NCBI GenBank assembly: GCA_026023565.1
Contig: JAPETS010000015.1
Span: 558,001 to 622,000, forward strand
Reading direction: 5' to 3'
Length of the DNA: 64,000 bases
Source: Cirrosporium novae-zelandiae
Taxonomy: Eukaryota
A program made the translations under genes and the position numbers. Shown here piece by piece: positions 35,399 to 48,560 of this stretch (positions are counted from its first letter, which is position 1; each line of letters begins with the position of its first letter). The notes under the pieces are model-generated. The model was given only the letters and a program-made list of their open reading frames with translations. It had not been told where the DNA came from and made no database searches.

Positions 35399-38300
35399 TT
35401 GAAGCTTTTTTTTTAATTGGTGAATTTAGAATGCTTAGTTGCCCACCTAGCAAGCCTCCGTAACCAGCTGAACCCCGCAAGTTGGCCCAAGATCTGTCGA
35501 CTAGGGTTAGAAAGCCAAGCTTTGTGATCTAAATTACCAAAACTTTCTTTCTCATTAGGCATCGCCCCGAAATATCAGGCCGCAGAGTTGAAAAGGCACA
35601 AGAAAAAAAATTACTATTCGTATTAATGCCTTCACAGTAACATTGCGTCTGCATGACTCTGCAGCTGAATGTTCAATCAACACGCTTCAAATTTGGCACA
35701 TTCCAAACTAAAGACTAAGATCGAAAGTAGATAACAGAATCCAAATAAGTAGGTACTCAAGTAAAGAATTGGTCAGTGCTCCAAAGTGTTAAGTCATCTC
35801 AAGACCCTGAAATACTTTACTACTAAGTACGCGGTATTTGTTCGGTATGTATTTTCAGGTAAACTAGAAGCGGTACGAAACGTGGTATAGGTTACAAGCC
35901 CATGAGCTTAAAATTATAGCCTTTTCAGCTGATTTTCAACGGACCTTCCTGATTAGGACGCCGGTGATTAAATACTAATTGTTAACTCACTCTGTCTTCA
36001 GCCCTATCCGAATAACCGTCCAAGAGAGCTTCATTGGATTAGCTCAACAAATGGCTTTGACGGACTAAAAACCGTTACTTGTATGGTCGTTAGATATTGA
36101 CCTTGATATGGATTTTCCCTAGCACTACTGCACACAGGCCTGCGAATGACCAGGACATTAAATTCATTTTTCAAAAGGAAATACCAACTCAACACGTAAG
36201 AAATAGGGAGACAAGCTACTAACGCAATTATCCTTACTGATTCCGCGGAGAAGCATTTGAGGATTGAGCTACAACAAATTAATTTCCAAAAAACTGCTAG
36301 CAAAGATTAGACAAGGCGATTCCCTTGATACCTACCTATACACAGTGTAGTATTTATTTTACTTCTCTATTTTTGTTCTAGGCCTTTAATACGCACCTAA
36401 AAATTATATCAAAATGATATCACCCTTATTAATGGCCGGGATGCCTGGCTGTGTATATCTAGAAACAGGACTTACAAGATATATATAGTTAAAAGCAGCT
36501 TCTTAAAGACCCTTGGAAAGCTGATGTATTCTCTTCGGAATTAGTGCCTTTTGGGATATAGTAGCCATTTGGGGGCCAAAGTCAAAATCCTACCAGGGAA
36601 ACGTGGAATCATTACCTTGGTAGATATGCGAGTTAGTAAAATCCTCGTTAGGAAGGTAGCCAGTGATCCCCGTATTGTCTATAAGTTAATCAATGATAGA
36701 AATTCGAGGAGCCTGAAACAATATATCAAGGACAATTATGGGAGCTAACAAAAGAGTCATGGCGTGCCTAAGCGAACAAGGCCCGATGGTAGGCGCGCAA
36801 CGGCTACTCGTTGAGCCTTGGGCACTGATAGAATGGTCTTGATTCCGTAGCATTCGTAACGCGCTCCACCAATTAGTAGATCATAATCACGTGGGACCAT
36901 CCCGAATAAATAGAGACTCTACCTTCTGCTGTTTCAAGCCGAGTACAATTCCAAACAAATGAAGCTAAGGATATACAGTAAGTGATATGAATTATATAAA
37001 TAGACGTTGAGTAATGCCTAAAGTGATGATTTCTTCATAACTGAGCTGGGAACTGGTAATTTAGGCGATTCTCTAGATATTATCCGATGGAGGACCTTCC
37101 GCTTAATTTGTTTAGACCCCACTGTTGATTGTCAATGCATGCTGATTAAAGCACAGACATACATAGTATTGGACCTAAGGGTAATTTGAGAGTAGGGAAT
37201 TTCTTGAGCCACTCCGGGAGTGATCCGTAGAAAATGTCCGTCGTAGCCGGTTGCTGAGGGTTACTAACGGGATTTGCGGAAGTGTTACTAACTAGACGAA
37301 ATATGCTGTAGATATCTTGTAAATTTAGGTCTGCGGCTAATGCAGGATCAAAAAGACCGATTGTATGCAAAACGGTGTAGTTACTAAGGGTTGATTATGG
37401 GAAACACTTGAAGCAAGGCGAGAAATCCATGGGACGGATCATATGCAAAGAATGCAATAACTTCAAACCAAATATGTCGGGCTCCATGAGGGTACAAAAC
37501 AATGGGTCAAGAATACCGAGGTCTTCGTTATGTAACGCCAAAGGCATAATACTTAAGCACCTTGTCCGGTCAACTTATAAGTTCTCGTCTTAGATGATGA
37601 GGTGCTTTCCCTCAGCACTTAAAAACCGAACAAGCAAAAAACTTTTGAAATGTGTCCAATTTAGAAAGCTGTTAGTATTTTTTTTTCAGAAAGGTAGTAT
37701 GGATTTCGCTCTTCCAGAATTAATGTATTTTTGAGATTCAATCTTTGGCCCTACAAACTCCCTTTAATTCTCTGTTGGACCAACCAGAAAGTCCGAAGGA
37801 CAACGATTGAACATGGCTGAGCAATAAGATCTGGAGAAAATTAAATTGGTAAGTAAGAAAGAGGGCGTTTGTTGAGTTATGTGTAGCAAGTGAGCAATGC
37901 CAGTGTTTGGAAGGTCCCTGATACTATCGGAAGTTTGATGAGAGAGATTCTAGACGTCTCTATATCGAGTTTATTAGCAAGGACGTTTTTGATTGGGTTT
38001 ATGGAGTAGAAGGGCGTGACAGTTACATGTACAGCGGGAAACCTTCTAGAAGCCATGAGTAACACGGGTCTTCGCGGTGGAATGCTTTAAACGACATATC
38101 GAAATGGTGTAACCTGCAAAGCACCTGGAAAGGTACAGTTCCTGGCATTTTTTCAAGATGAAGTTCTGCAAAAGGAATTCCGCGGATTCAAAAACCGTGG
38201 AGGTGTGTGTGTGTGTACTCAAGTAGATGAGTTCCAAAGTGGTTAGATGCAACATCAAGCCTACCAGCGATGAATTTTGAAAATTCGCTGTGGGTTGCTG

Positions 38301-40335
38301 TCCTGCAGCTCGGCCGTCGGTCGGTGATCGGTCCGGCACCCTGTTCGTGCATCTCTTGCGTGGATGGTCTTGTGAATGTCCCTCTTTCTAATAACTGTTG
38401 TCATTTTTAGATGCCTTACAAAGCAACCACTAAACTATGATGCGACAGAACAACTCGAGGGTAATGTCCAATATGCATCAAGATATGCCAGAAACTTCTA
38501 AAAAGGCGTTTTCATCACATTCAGTTGACCGCTACCCTTGTATTTGGATTTGTGGACTGGCCATACTTGCATCCTTTGCTTCAACAGCTGAAGGTTGAGA
38601 GACAGGCAAGTCCGGCAAGACCGTAACTTGTTCCGTCATGAGTTGCCTCGAGAATGCAGAGACTCAATATCCATATCGTGGATCTGCAGACTTTGAATAT
38701 ATCAAAGCAAAGGATCAGCCTGTCTAAATTTTTGTTTCGTATTTTCCGCCAGCAACGTCGTCACCAGGCAACCATCAAGAAATAATGACAATTGGTGTTT
38801 TGAAGTGTATTGGTTTCAGACAAACAAAAAAAAAATTATGATCTTCATCACCGACAACCATTTCCGGGAATGAATAATTAACGGAGTTTAACTGATGACT
38901 GAACAAATGGTGACTGAGCAGGCAGACAGGCTGAGCAATTATTACATCTACATATCTAAACATGTAAACTTCAAACACAGAACCCTCAGCCATGGTTCTT
39001 CTTCTATTAGTAGGATGATTTCCAGTAATGATCAGCACTGCCCTCTGAATGATGAGGAATAAGAGGAATTGAGGAGTTGAAGAGTTGAGGAATCAGAACT
39101 GGGGACCTTGAAACACTATCGTAGTGGTTGCCATTTTGGGGATGGACTGGGGTAAAAAAGAAATTTGTAAAGATGGTTATTGTTTTAGTATTTTTTGGTA
39201 TTTTTGGTATGTTTGGTATGTTTGGTATTTTGTACTGGTAAATTTCACCCGAGTAGTGGTAAAATACTCGAGGGAAAGGCGGTAAAGTACTATTCCGTGT
39301 ACAAAAAAAAGAAATGGTGGGGTTCTTAGGTTGCGGTGGGCAGTACCATCGGATGCCTTAGCTTGATCGCCATTGGGAACGTGCCATAGAACCTTGGTTG
39401 ATTTGGTGTGGTTTGGAATGGTTTGAAATGCTTGGATGCTTGAAGCGGCCGCTTGAACGCTTCGAGAGCCGTTCCTTTTACGCTTTACGCTCGTCTGCTC
39501 TTGGAAAGGGCGTGGATCCAAACAACGTTGACAAGTGAACGAACCTTTTGTCTTCCTCGTCGTCGGCTGCTTTACCCTCACATGCATTCTCCTAGTTAAT
39601 CATCAGTACAGTTCACACAGCCTAGTATTGTTCACCCACCCACACCCCCTACGTCACCCATGCCTCCCCCATACCGCCTACTTGACCGTGTACTGAATAG
39701 TTAAACTATGACAAGATGCTTAGAAAACGCGGTGGAAAAATAGATTGTGGAAATAGAAACGGCCCTAACAGCACCTTAATTCCGCTCACACTTCCTCACA
39801 GGGCTGCAGCTCAATGCCAACCCACACCTGCTGGCACCTCAGATCCTGGCTCTAGGGACCTTTTAGTGTAGGGCCACCATCCTTCAGAAGACGATGCTTT
39901 TTGGTCTTTCCCGCCAATATCTTGCCATTCGTGCCATGCTCGTAACGTCCGTTACGCCGCTCAGGCCTGTCCGATACTAGAATCTCCTATAGAGTTGGTT
40001 GGCTGGCTACGCTGCATCTAATGTTGACTTCGCTTGTTCATAGCGGCTGGTCAACTTCCGGAACTAAGGTAGATGACAGACACTGCATGGCCCCGGGACA
40101 AGGGGCTGGTTGGCACGGCCTTTGTGATCCTTGGGATTGTAGAGGATTCGAATCACCATCACCGGCCTGATAAATATCTAGCAGTCCTCCCTCCATTCTC
40201 TAATAGGCACTTCCTCCAGACCTTCTCCAGAACATTAAAAACCCCGCATCTGTTGCTTTATCTCTTAAACCATCTTCCATACCTTTTCCAGATCCATTAG
40301 GCAACAAAGTCCATTTCCATTCTCTCCACCTCAAC

Positions 40336-41411
40336 ATGCATCGACAACAGAACTACTCATCATATTCATACTCTGCCCCCGCGGCACCCAGATACTCTTC
40401 CTCGGCTCAAGGGACGAGCAGTGCGTTCAGCGCAAGTGCTAACCCGGACGAGGACTGGACAAAGATATCAGACCTGGCCGAAAGACGACGAATTCAGAAT
40501 CGGATTGCTCAACGTAACTACCGTAAGTTTTTGGATCGCATTTGTAGCGCTCTATAGTAGGATTAATTTTAGACGCAGGCAAAAAACTTAAGAGAAGACT
40601 CGAGGATCTCGAGAAGAGGGCTGCTTCGAGATCAGCCTCCCCAGAGCAACCGCAGGAGCATGCCCAGGTCGAGCAAACAAGACAACTACCCAAGGGGAGT
40701 CGGAGAACCTCAAAACGTTCGAGGTCGACAAACGGTTCCGACACAAGCGACCAGACCTCCCCCCAACCTTATACGACCGGTGTTCCCTTCCAAGATGACG
40801 GAAGCAGCCTATACCCGCAATATGGACGTCAACCATCAACTTCTCCTCCAGTAACACTCTCGTATTCTTCTCCATTCCCTGAGCCGATATCTCATCCATA
40901 TCCACAACACACCCCGTACCACACAATGCCGGCCTCGTATACAGACTTTTCGTACCAGGCACAATACCCAGCAACCATGTCGATGCCCGTGACATTACCA
41001 AGCATAACCTCTCCTCCGCACGAGCCGTCAAAGGGTGACAGTTTATTTGGCGAAGGTGACATGTTTAGCCCGTACTCGGGCTACGGATCACTTGGGGCAT
41101 TAGATTTCTCGGCACCTCAACCATATCGAGATTTCGAAGCACATGTAAATACACCTGAGTTCGTTTACCATTGTCAATGACCTTTTTGAGTGTTGAATCC
41201 AAACCTTGTGGGATTGGATGTTGAATTGAAGCACTTTCTGTGTGCTGCACTAGCAACAGTATGCTGACGACAATCTTGTCAGACCCCACCCCTCTCAGAC
41301 ACGCACTCCTTCGAGAGGTCCTGTGCCGCGTCCCCCGCAGAGTCATCAATCATATTCCCAGTGACGCCTGCGTCAATACCCGGCTCACCGAGTATGCCGA
41401 TCATGAATTAA
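40336..41411 (+). CDS. bZIP transcription factor (3 exons)
   Basis: DEDWTKISDLAERRRIQNRIAQRNYR / intron GTAAGT...CAG / KKLKRRLEDLEKRA, then a Pro/Ser/Tyr-rich middle. The last exon reads TPPLSD...PGSPSMPIMN* (TAA 41409-41411). Confidence 0.9.
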
Positions 41412-41987
41412 AGACCCTTCGGGGAAATTTGACGTTTCTATTTTGCATTCCGGGCTGTGGTCTGAACATTAGCAAGCGATGAAGGTTAATTATGGTGTTT
41501 TGGTGGATAAAATGATTCCCTCAGTGGCTGGGTCTTTTATTGCAGAGACCCTCAACAATAGGTCATGGCAGCCTTTGTTGGTCGAAGTAGGCTCTTGGAA
41601 GTTGGAATGATAGTTAATTGACAAGGCAACGATAGAGAATATTTAGTGTATAACATGATTAACGCAAACCTGTCCAGAAGTATGTAACCACCATTCCGAT
41701 AATGGGATAACAAAAATAGAAGATTTTGCATTTATTTATTTTGTTTGCAAACCTTACTATTACTCTTTGCAGCAGGATAACAGAGGAACAATAAAACCAA
41801 GATATAACCTGATAGATTTTTGTAATGTAGCTCAAGCTTAGATTCATCTAATCTCATCTCATCAATGACGTGACTCAGCCCTAAGGATGGAAGCTCCACC
41901 AGTTCGGAGCTTCTGTGCTTGAGTTGTGGCTTTCGGAGTTCCAACTTCAAATTACTGGAAGACCGGTCCCTTTTCTATCGTGGCACA

Positions 41988-43041
41988 ATGACATTGCAGG
42001 GTCCGTATCTATTTGGTGGAACCGGGTAGGTAAGATCTTAATTGAAAATTACCTTTCCATCTCACTGACCTCAAAGTCCTTGGTGTGCCCAGGATTGGAC
42101 CGCAAGTGATGACCGCGTCCGAGGCGGTAAGTCTCAGGTACGTGCTCTGCAAGATCAATCCGAACCAGAGGATAACACTAATTGATTGGAAAAAGTCTTA
42201 CCTCGATTGTTCGACGACTGCTGCCCGATTTTACGGTACCTTGGATATCACCGCTCTTGGTGGTGCCGGGTTTGCCAGTCAACATACCATTGGTAACAAT
42301 CGATCATGGGATCTCTCAAAATATAGTGGAATAAAGCTTGCGATCGATGATGCAGATGACAAACAATATACCTTTATCTTAAAGGATACCCTTTTACCCC
42401 CAGATTCAGGGACGGGGATGGAACAATCGACCATATCTTACGAGTATGATTTCAAAGTATCAGGCATCAAAACATCAGGCGTTGAGATAGATATACCATG
42501 GACCAGGTTGAAGCCTACATATAGAGGCCGAGAGAAGAAAGACGCGCCATCTATAAATCTCAAAGACATCAAACGCGTAAGTATCATGGCTCGAAGGTAT
42601 AGTCCACCCTCTATTTCATCTCTCCAAGTTGCAGTCTAGCATCCAGCCCATGTTACCTCTATTGTCAATAAACCTAATTCAATACCAAAGCGAATTGATG
42701 ATCAGATCACTAGGCGCAATCACACAATATGATCTTATTCATAGTATATCTTCTGCATGTCATAAATTTGATTGAAGCCTTCGCTGTTAGACCAATGCTA
42801 TATCGTTAATTGTCTAAGAGGAAATTTTCTGACAAAAGACTGTAGTTTTTTTGGGTCACAAGAAGGCCCTTTTTCGCTATCTCTTAAATCCATCGCAGTA
42901 ATCCCTCAAAACGAAAACAAGGATAAATATGGAGCTATTGACTCAAAACATGACGAATTGCCTAGTAATACAGTCGAACAGAACCGGTCGCCTTCACTAG
43001 ACATATTGACAAGGCTTTCTGGGATATGTGACCTACAATAA
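41988..43041 (+). CDS. CIA30-like (complex I intermediate-associated protein 30 domain) protein (4 exons)
   Basis: The spliced product reads MTLQGPYLFGG..WCAQDWTASDDRVRGGKSQ/SYL..FYGTLDITALGGAGFASQ..PTYRGR..SIMAR/SFFGSQEGPFSL. Confidence 0.85.
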
Positions 43042-46000
43042 TAAGTTCAAGGCTGCTTCAAGCGCTGTTGTTCAAGCCTTCAAAAGTAAATCGGGAAATC
43101 GGTTTATAGTACTGCGACATAAGTCCAGTTGGGCCTTTCTAAAACCCACCTTTCGAATTATACATCGAGTGACTCTTTAGGTAGGAGAAGAAAGACAGAT
43201 ATAAAAGGGAGGCGGTGATCGAAAAAAAGATTCGTTGCTTTACAGAGGCGTCCAAATCAATGAGCAGATTCATTTATGACCTCAGCTAGATGTTTTAGAA
43301 ATCACCTAACTTGCATAGGTAAATACCAACGACCCAAGATGCTATGATAGTTAAGTGTTGTAAGGATGCTAGAAAAATCCGATATTCCTCATTTCATTTC
43401 GGTACATCTCGTATTATATGTATTGTCAGGGATTAGTTCCCTCGAGAGCTTGGATAACTTACCCGTAGACATACTTCCAGATATTAACTGTTGTAATGAA
43501 GACAAATTATTTTTGATCAATCCAGTTCCACTCGACTGGTTACCTCTGAACATTAGCAATGAATTTCTTATCCCACTATGGTCGCCTCTTTGGTCAGCAG
43601 CGTCACGCTTATTAATAAGTATATAATCCATCCTATATCCCTATCTGATTATCTCGATCATTAGATTGTCAATTCGATACTGGACCCTACCTGCATTACA
43701 GCAACGGATCTGGTCTGTAAGAGACACGATATTCTCGCCCGTATGATAACTTCACCAACAGATACAGAGTAATGCCTCACAATACCTATATTACATAGGC
43801 AAGAACCCTGCCTGGTCTCCGTGGAAACGTAGTTATTCCCAGACGATGGTTAATGCATCTACCGTATGATCTTGTCTCAACCTTTAAAACCAGCCTGGGC
43901 CCCAGCAGTTACGGAGGTCGGCATATTGCACGGAGGCCAGCCACAAAAGTCCTGGCGAGCCCAAGGATCAGTACAAATTGAAGCTGCAGGTTTCCTTTGC
44001 AGGTTTAGGTGTTCAAACATCCCTTTCAGTTTCTAGGGCAACGTTGAGGTTGACTTAAAAAATTGAGAAATCATCAAGATGCTCACTGGGACATCCAATA
44101 CTGGTAACCTAAGGCCAACTATCCACATCTAAGAGATGCCTCAAATGTGATAAGTCTTTTGCGATTGCTATCAGTTGTAGCGCGTCTCTATGCTGAGAGA
44201 ATATTCCCAGGCTGTTTATTTTTCTCTTGCCTCACTCAATTATTTGGATGGTTTTCTTGTTCCACCTATATGTTCCGTCTTCCACCGAAAAGGAGGTTGA
44301 TTATTGCATGCAGTGACGGCGTATTTCGGTGTTGGAAATGATAGAGGGGTTGGCCTGATTGGGCGATAAGCTGTGTGACCATTTGAAGGTGATGGTTGGA
44401 GTGAAGGTTGAGGCTGGCAAGGTGGCTGAAATAAACTCAAGGTTTGGGACCAGCCACAATCCCAAAATAGAATATGGGGCTCCGAACAATTAAATGGAAA
44501 TGTTGGAAATTTGGAAGGAGACCTATCTCCACTGGTCACTGGTACTGTAAATGAGTTGAGGGGCCCAATACGAGCACTTTCTAGATTTCCCACGGGTAGA
44601 ATCCGGATGATTAGTTAGGCTGTTGATATTGCAATTGATGGAAGGACGACTCAGATAGAGGAGGAGACCAACTCCTTCAAAGTTCTCAGGATGTCAAACT
44701 TCTTCCTTCAAAAGGCTAGAAGAGAGGGTTTTATGCCGGAGTGACACCTGGTTCCTACAATAGAGTAGGAATTCCTGGTTGAAGTATCATTTGGAAGAAT
44801 CTTTTTCTGAGGGCATTGATTGACCTATGCATCTGGTTCTATTCTGATTTACTCTACGACATTTGTTGGTTTTTGAGGGACTTCTCAGCTGGCATCTGAA
44901 TGTAAAAAAAGCTTAAGATCCAATATTCTAGGCGCAATCCTTCGTGAGGCATCCACGGCGATCGCTTTGCGTAATCTAATAGCATAATTGAGTGGGATAT
45001 TTCTTTATTTGGAAGAGCATGTGTCCCGCGGACCACGTAAATAGTGCGAAGGTGGTGGATCATTTTGCAAGAAGCGAAAGGCGAAAGAGTCCAAAGGAGT
45101 TAGGGAGAAAAGGCAATCAACGACGGTGGATTGGGGTGAGAACTGAGAAGATATTTCCAGAATACGCCAATCCCAATCCGGTATGGTATTATGATCACGG
45201 GAAGTCCAAACGGGGAATAGCTTGGGCCGTGCGTTTTATGCATCCTGAATACAGCTCGTAATCTCCTGACATGCAGGGTACGCGGCGCTCAGGGGCTGGG
45301 AGGCAGTAAATATTGATGATTGATGCTGGTCGCTGGTCGCTGTACAGCTCGTATTCAACCAGGAATTCCAACTCCTTCATGGTGAGGGTCAAACATAGGG
45401 GATAAAATCCATGTTGGACAACCTAGTAGGATCAAATCAATTTGATCATTAGTTTTGATCAAATTGAAAGCAATAGGTTTGATCAATTTTCTGCAAGGGA
45501 AAGGAGGTGATGTGGAGATGCCAAGTTCTGCCAAGTCAAAAGAAGAGTTGGTTTTTTTGTTTTTAATTTTTTTTAAATATTTTCAACGGAACGATCCGCA
45601 ACGCTGGCGTGGCTTTCTTTTCTTCCAAGTTGACTGAAGTTGATTGACGCTTTTCCAGAGTTGGATTATTTTAGAATGAATAGAAGACATTAGAGACACT
45701 AGAGACATTTAGAGTGGGTGATCTGGTTTGATCCACCTAGGAACAAGGCTAAAAGCAAAGTTCAAGGCTGGGTAGGTATAACGCTGGGGTAAAGCTGGCC
45801 GTTGCTTCAGGGAATATTTTTCACCATTTGGACCATTTTGATCAGCCAGTCTCCTGTCATCTGTCATCACAACCTAACCTGAGACCTTGAAGGGATAATG
45901 GCTGGATATGGCTGGTCAACAAAAAGTGACCATGACAATATTTTGGGTGGCCATTGTGAAACACGTACAGGGCGGCGAGAAGATCCCAAGGGCCATTCAA

Positions 46001-46138
46001 CGACCAGTATAGACCAGCTAGAGACCATCCAAACCATTCAAGGCCGACCGAGACCATTAACGGTAGAATAGACCCATTGGAAGGCCAAATCAACACAGCC
46101 AACTCATTTCTCCAGCAACTCATTACCCTGCACCTTGT

Positions 46139-46140
<2 letters not shown>

Positions 46141-46204
<64 letters not shown>

Positions 46205-46247
46205 TTTTTCCCCCCCCCCCCCCCCCATAGCCCCCCCCATACCCCCC
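46141..46247. repeat. Poly-C tract (C64 followed by shorter C runs)
   Basis: Directly visible; about 400 bp upstream of the PIR-repeat gene. Confidence 0.9.
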
Positions 46248-46600
46248 TGCCCCTCTCCCCTGGGCGGCTTCTTGCTGGGGCCCTGGGGCCCTTTATGCTA
46301 TTATGCCTACCAAGTTTACTGGTACTGGTGTGTACCTTGATATTATTCCAGCCATCTCTTAGTTCAAACTTCTAACACCTTCTCCTTAATAAAAACCCCG
46401 ACTATTCCCTCCTTCCGTTCTTCATCTTGACAATCTCAATTTGACTGTCACTCACTCTCAATCCAATTATTCAAAGCTTATCACTTTCGCTTCAACTTTT
46501 TACTCAATACTTAATTAATTCAACTTCCATTTAACAGGAAGCTCCTTCGCTCAAAAAAACATCAGACAGACAACTTCTTAACTTCTTCAAATCAATCAAT

Positions 46601-47348
46601 ATGCGTGCCTCAATCTTCTACGCTCTTCCTCTTGCGGCCGTTGCCGCCTCAGCAGGTCAGCATCAAAACATTCCAAGAGACACGACGACTCTCGCCGCTG
46701 TTACCCAAATTTCCGATGGCCAAATCCAAGCCACTGGGCCTTCCGCCGTTGCTAACTCTGGTGCCTCTGCAGCTACTACCACTGAAGCAGCTTCTGTCGC
46801 CTATGTAAGATTTCCTCTTCTAAACCTCATTATTCCAAAGAAAATGCTAATATATTGTTATAGAGCAACCCTGCTACTCAGTACCTCACTGAGACCAACT
46901 CCCTCGGCGTTGTTGTAAGGGCTTTCCTTCGATTTCCACCAATTCTATGATACAGCTACTAATGCCTAAACAGACTGGCCAGCCCGATGCTGTCACCTCT
47001 CAAGCTTCTGCTGCTGGTTACGAGACCACTGGTGTTTCTGGTATCCCTGCAGCCTCTGGCGTTGCCACCACACTCGCCTCGGTAGTCTCCGTTGGTGGCC
47101 TTTCCAACAGCACTGCAACCACTGGTGTCTACACAAACAGTACTGCTACCACAACCGGAAAGTCCAGTGCCAAGTCTACCTCTGATTCAGATGCTACATC
47201 GACCTCTGGCTCTTCAGACAGCTCCTCTGCCAGCTCTGCTGCATCCTCGGCCACCTCTAGCGGTGCCGCAGTTGCTCTCACCAGCACTATTGGTCCCATG
47301 GTCATCAGCCTCGGTGCCTTTGGTGCTTTCTTTGCTGGCTTCCTATAA
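46601..47348 (+). CDS. Ser/Thr/Ala-rich GPI-anchored cell-wall protein with one PIR repeat (3 exons)
   Basis: Signal peptide, PIR repeat VTQISDGQIQAT, a small middle exon SNPATQYLTETNSLGVV, an S/T-rich stalk, and SSGA plus a hydrophobic C-terminus (GPI signal). Confidence 0.88.
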
Positions 47349-48560
47349 ATGTTTCCCGATATGACCTGATATCAACCTGATACCCATTTCCTATTTTGTC
47401 AATGCATTTTTTATGGGTTTGTCAACATGGCGGGAAATATGAACGTTCAAATCATCAAAGCTGGTAGGGTGCTTGGTCTGGCCTAATTGCCTATTTCATT
47501 TACAGATTGGGGTTCAAGCATGTATGAAACCAGGTTTATTCACGGCCATGGGAAAGCAAAAAGGAACACACACGCATGTATCTGTGGGGCGTCGAAATGT
47601 TCAACTTGCATGATTGTTGTGGGAATTTTTTTCGCTATTGAAAGTCTGTCTAGTAGATATAAGGCGCGTTCTTCGTTAATTTTCCATTTTTTTTTGTGTC
47701 TACGCAAAAAAGGAAAATGGGATGCGAATGCTTAGTTAATACTTAATGTCACCAATGTCACTCATTTAAGTTTCCTGGTGGACAGAAAATATTTTCTTTT
47801 GTTGGTAGGGCTAAGTAAACAGAATCAATATACAATGGTTGAACCGGAATTCAAGTGTTTTGTTTTGGACGTTGTCGTGTATCCTTGTATACGCATGCAT
47901 GTAGATCAAGATTCTTAGTGGCTTGCTTGGCTCCGGTGTTGCTTGCGTTGACCTGCGTGGCTTGCTTTAGTTTCATGCTTGAATACTTTTACCCTCGATG
48001 CCCCCCTGAGACCCTGACGCGTTAGACTAGACTAAACCACTCCTAAGAACGCCCTATCAATGGTCCCGAGGATTATTTAATGCATGTCCACGTACTTTTT
48101 TACGACGTATATATATACATATGTATATGTGACGTGATGACCTCTTGAAAGCACGGAATATATACCTATATGTACGTGTCGCATATTACGGATTACGCCA
48201 TTTAGGTGGTTTTGTTTGTTTTCTTTTTTGGAGGGGATGGGTGAGTTAAGTAAGTAATTGGCTTGAAATGAAGCGGTGGATGGATGCAAAGACTAGATGG
48301 AAATATAGACGAATAGGTGAAGTAAAGTGTCTATCAAGAAGGCATATAGACGGTCTATTTAGCCTAGTTTCTTGTTAACACTGTGTAACTTGAGCGAGGG
48401 GTAATTACGGCGCTGATTATGGGTGTACAGGACAGAGAGAGGGTTGGCCTTACGGAGCTGGAAATCAGTGATGGGGCCCTTTTCAAATTGTAGTATCATT
48501 TTCACTTGTCTCCTAAGTTGAAAGGCAACCACCACACCTTTCTTGTCATTTTATTTTATA

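Noticed and set aside
36520..36620. KADVFS..FWDI fragment resembling kinase subdomain IX
   Set aside because: Needs a frameshift and no other kinase motifs are visible; too weak to call.
35366..39230. Short tandem repeats (CCGGACCAAA x3; TTTGGTAT-type 9-mers near 39190) considered as array-like systems
   Set aside because: No unique spacers and only 3-4 units; ordinary minisatellites in a eukaryotic genome.
45857..46340. Poly-Gly and poly-Pro ORFs
   Set aside because: Simple translations of the poly-C tract.
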